Origin: Pseudomonadota bacterium
GTDB lineage: Bacteria > Bdellovibrionota_B > Oligoflexia > Oligoflexales > CAIYRB01
Assembly: GCA_026390445.1 (NCBI GenBank)
Contig: JAPLFX010000049.1
Span: 10,533 to 74,532, forward strand
Reading direction: 5' to 3'
DNA length: 64,000 nucleotides
A program made the position numbers and the translations under genes. Under the pieces are notes generated by a model. That model made no database searches. It saw nothing but the letters and a program-made list of their open reading frames with translations, and had not been told where the DNA came from. Positions 62,015-64,000 of this stretch are shown in pieces. How positions within the stretch are numbered: the first letter of the stretch is position 1; each line of letters starts with the position of its first letter.

Positions 62015-63109
62015 TTATCCCAGAAGTTTTATTGCATCCAAGAAATGGGCGCTAGTTGCTTCAAGACTAAACCTAGCGGCATTTTTTTCACCTTGTGCTT
62101 TTAGTAGCTGACGCAAAGATTCGTCTTGATGGATTCGGTGCGCTGCTGCGGCGAACAAATCATAGTTCGGTTGAGAAAAGGTCAGTTGATCAGGCCCCAC
62201 GGTATCGGTGATAGCGGTGTTTGCTAAGGCCAATACAGGAAGGCCAAATAATTGCGCCTCAACTACTGGAACGCAGAACCCTTCATGTTCTGAAGTAAGA
62301 AGAAAGGCTGTCGCGTGGCGCAGGCAGGTTAAAAGCTGGCGCTCGTCGATTCCTTTGACGATTCTGAGCATATGATCTATCCCCAGACTCTTGGCAAGGC
62401 TTTCGATTTGGGTCTGATAACCTTTGAAGTTAGGAGACACTGCTCCAGCGATGGTTAGGCAGGCATTGGCGCCGTACAGTTCGAAGTAACTATTTAGCAC
62501 ACCCAGTAGGTGATGATGGCCCTTGTTAGGGGCCCATCTGCCGATGAAAAAAAGATGTGTCCGGCCATCGTTTAGCTCTGCGACGATGGCGTCGTCGTCG
62601 CGATGCTTTGCTGGATCAGGCAGCGCTAAAAACGGCGCGACTACGGTTGATGGAATGTCTGGTGGCCCCCAGGTCCTCAGGGCGTCTTGTAGCGTAAAGG
62701 GCGACTGAGCCATCAGCATCTTGATCTGCTTGTGGCGATAGATTCGTGACATTTGTTCCAGGCCCGCTCTTGTTGCATGCGCGCCCTGCTGATCGTATGC
62801 ATCAAAGAACTGGGGAGGAGTCATATTATGGTAGCGAAGGATCACCTTACAGCGAGTCTGCGCTAAAAAGGCGTCCAAGGGGGCCCAGGCAACGCACATG
62901 TGAAACACGAGGATTGTCGCGGGGTCGTCGGTGAGGCGTTTAAATGTCGTGTGATCGATCGACTCGCTTTCGCACCCTGACTGAAAAAATTCCGCGTATA
63001 GATAGGACTGATACCCGGCCTGCTTTAAGACCTTCTGCTCGATTCGCGCATCGTTACTTACGGCATCATGGCGGGACAAATACGGTAAGGCGCAGATGAC
63101 GATGGTCAT
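62015..63109 (-). CDS. Glycosyltransferase family 4
   Basis: DAVSND, RYHNMTP, FIGRWAPNKG, SEHEGFCVPVVEAQ. Confidence 0.92.
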   Translation of the reverse strand: MTIVICALPYLSRHDAVSNDARIEQKVLKQAGYQSYLYAEFFQSGCESESIDHTTFKRLTDDPATILVFHMCVAWAPLDAFLAQTRCKVILRYHNMTPPQFFDAYDQQGAHATRAGLEQMSRIYRHKQIKMLMAQSPFTLQDALRTWGPPDIPSTVVAPFLALPDPAKHRDDDAIVAELNDGRTHLFFIGRWAPNKGHHHLLGVLNSYFELYGANACLTIAGAVSPNFKGYQTQIESLAKSLGIDHMLRIVKGIDERQLLTCLRHATAFLLTSEHEGFCVPVVEAQLFGLPVLALANTAITDTVGPDQLTFSQPNYDLFAAAAHRIHQDESLRQLLKAQGEKNAARFSLEATSAHFLDAIKLLG

Positions 63110-64000
63110 GCCATCGCCTTTCTCGGCTGAAACCCAAAAGTTGGGCTGAGTCGACAGACACCGGTGAACTTCGTGTCTGGGGCATGAATAACGCGAAATA
63201 CTAGGGCATCATTGATCCAATCAAAACTCTCCTCGATATGCGCTTCGCCAGCGTGGGCGGCCACTGTGACAGTGTAAACTCCGGCGCCTAGATCTAGCTG
63301 CATTTCGTAAGTGATCAAGAGTCGACTGCCTGCCGCGAGGAGTCCAGTTTCGACCCCAAGCAGGTGGTTGTTTGAGCCGAAGATATCGTTGCCGAGTCGG
63401 TCTCTAATCAAGATGCCAAAGGTCGGGTTGTCGACATCATGATGGATATCAGCTGCCAACTCAAGACGCACACGGGTGCCGCTGACCACGGTGTCTACCG
63501 AGCGCTCCTGGGAGTCGATGAGGCTAGTCTGCTCGATGCGCACCTTGCCGTTGCCGGAACGTTGGCGCAGCAGGCCTTTTTGCAGGGGCGAACGACCTTC
63601 TTGCGGCGTCTCGCGTTCGGCAATCAAGCTGTTGTAGTAATTGAATACTTGGTCGGGCTCACCTTCGTCGAGGATGCGGCCTCTGTCGAGCAGGTAGGCT
63701 TTGTTGCATAAGCTTTTGACCGCACCAGGGTCGTGAGAAACGAACAGCAGCGCCTTACCGGCGCGGCGAAACTCGCGAATCTTGGCCATGCATTTGGCTT
63801 GAAAGCGGATGTCGCCTACCGCTAGCGCTTCATCGACGATGAGGATGTCTGGATCGACGTTGATCGCAACTGCAAATGCTAAGCGCACGTACATTCCAGA
63901 GGAATAGGTCTTCACCGGGTGGTTGATAAAGGCGCCGATATCAGCGAAGTCGACGATTTTTGGTAACAACTCGTCGATCTCACGACGATGAAAACCCATG
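63106..64000 (-). CDS. wzt: Polysaccharide ABC exporter ATPase with Wzt C-terminal domain (5' end beyond window)
   Basis: VKTYSSGMYVRLAFAVA, ILIVDEALAVGD, FVSHD, C-terminal Wzt_C-like beta domain. Confidence 0.93.
   Translation of the reverse strand, partial: MGFHRREIDELLPKIVDFADIGAFINHPVKTYSSGMYVRLAFAVAINVDPDILIVDEALAVGDIRFQAKCMAKIREFRRAGKALLFVSHDPGAVKSLCNKAYLLDRGRILDEGEPDQVFNYYNSLIAERETPQEGRSPLQKGLLRQRSGNGKVRIEQTSLIDSQERSVDTVVSGTRVRLELAADIHHDVDNPTFGILIRDRLGNDIFGSNNHLLGVETGLLAAGSRLLITYEMQLDLGAGVYTVTVAAHAGEAHIEESFDWINDALVFRVIHAPDTKFTGVCRLSPTFGFQPRKAMA

Overview
Core chromosomal origin region of a Gram-negative bacterium. Gene content and order suggest Bdellovibrionota/Oligoflexia or a related former deltaproteobacterium (inference). 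Left to right: 5' part of dnaN, oriC (DnaA boxes, GC clamp, DnaA-trios, AT-rich tract), dnaA, then a divergent Fo operon (atpZ-atpI-atpB-atpE) in place of the usual rpmH-rnpA-yidC-mnmE-mnmG-rsmG block. Next is a ~1.9 kb gene-free block with three perfect parS sites, a 6x20-bp A-tract/palindrome tandem array, several long hairpins and a hexamer-built inverted repeat. Then come parA-parB-atpF'FHAGDC, a GT4 and an SDR, a dcw cluster lacking mraY/murG/murB/ddl, a LysM lipoprotein followed by a structured ~290-nt non-coding segment, DAGK-amgK-murU, an RpoH-like sigma factor, a Rep/UvrD helicase, yajC, a beta-barrel plus M16 peptidase, sdhCAB, purSQLF, rph, secA with M23/PP2C, and the end of a gmd/rmd/GT4/wzt polysaccharide locus. 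No mobile elements, tRNA, rRNA or CRISPR were seen. The best candidates for something undescribed are the non-coding elements at 4736-6631 and 32595-32880. All structures were paired by eye and no searches were run.
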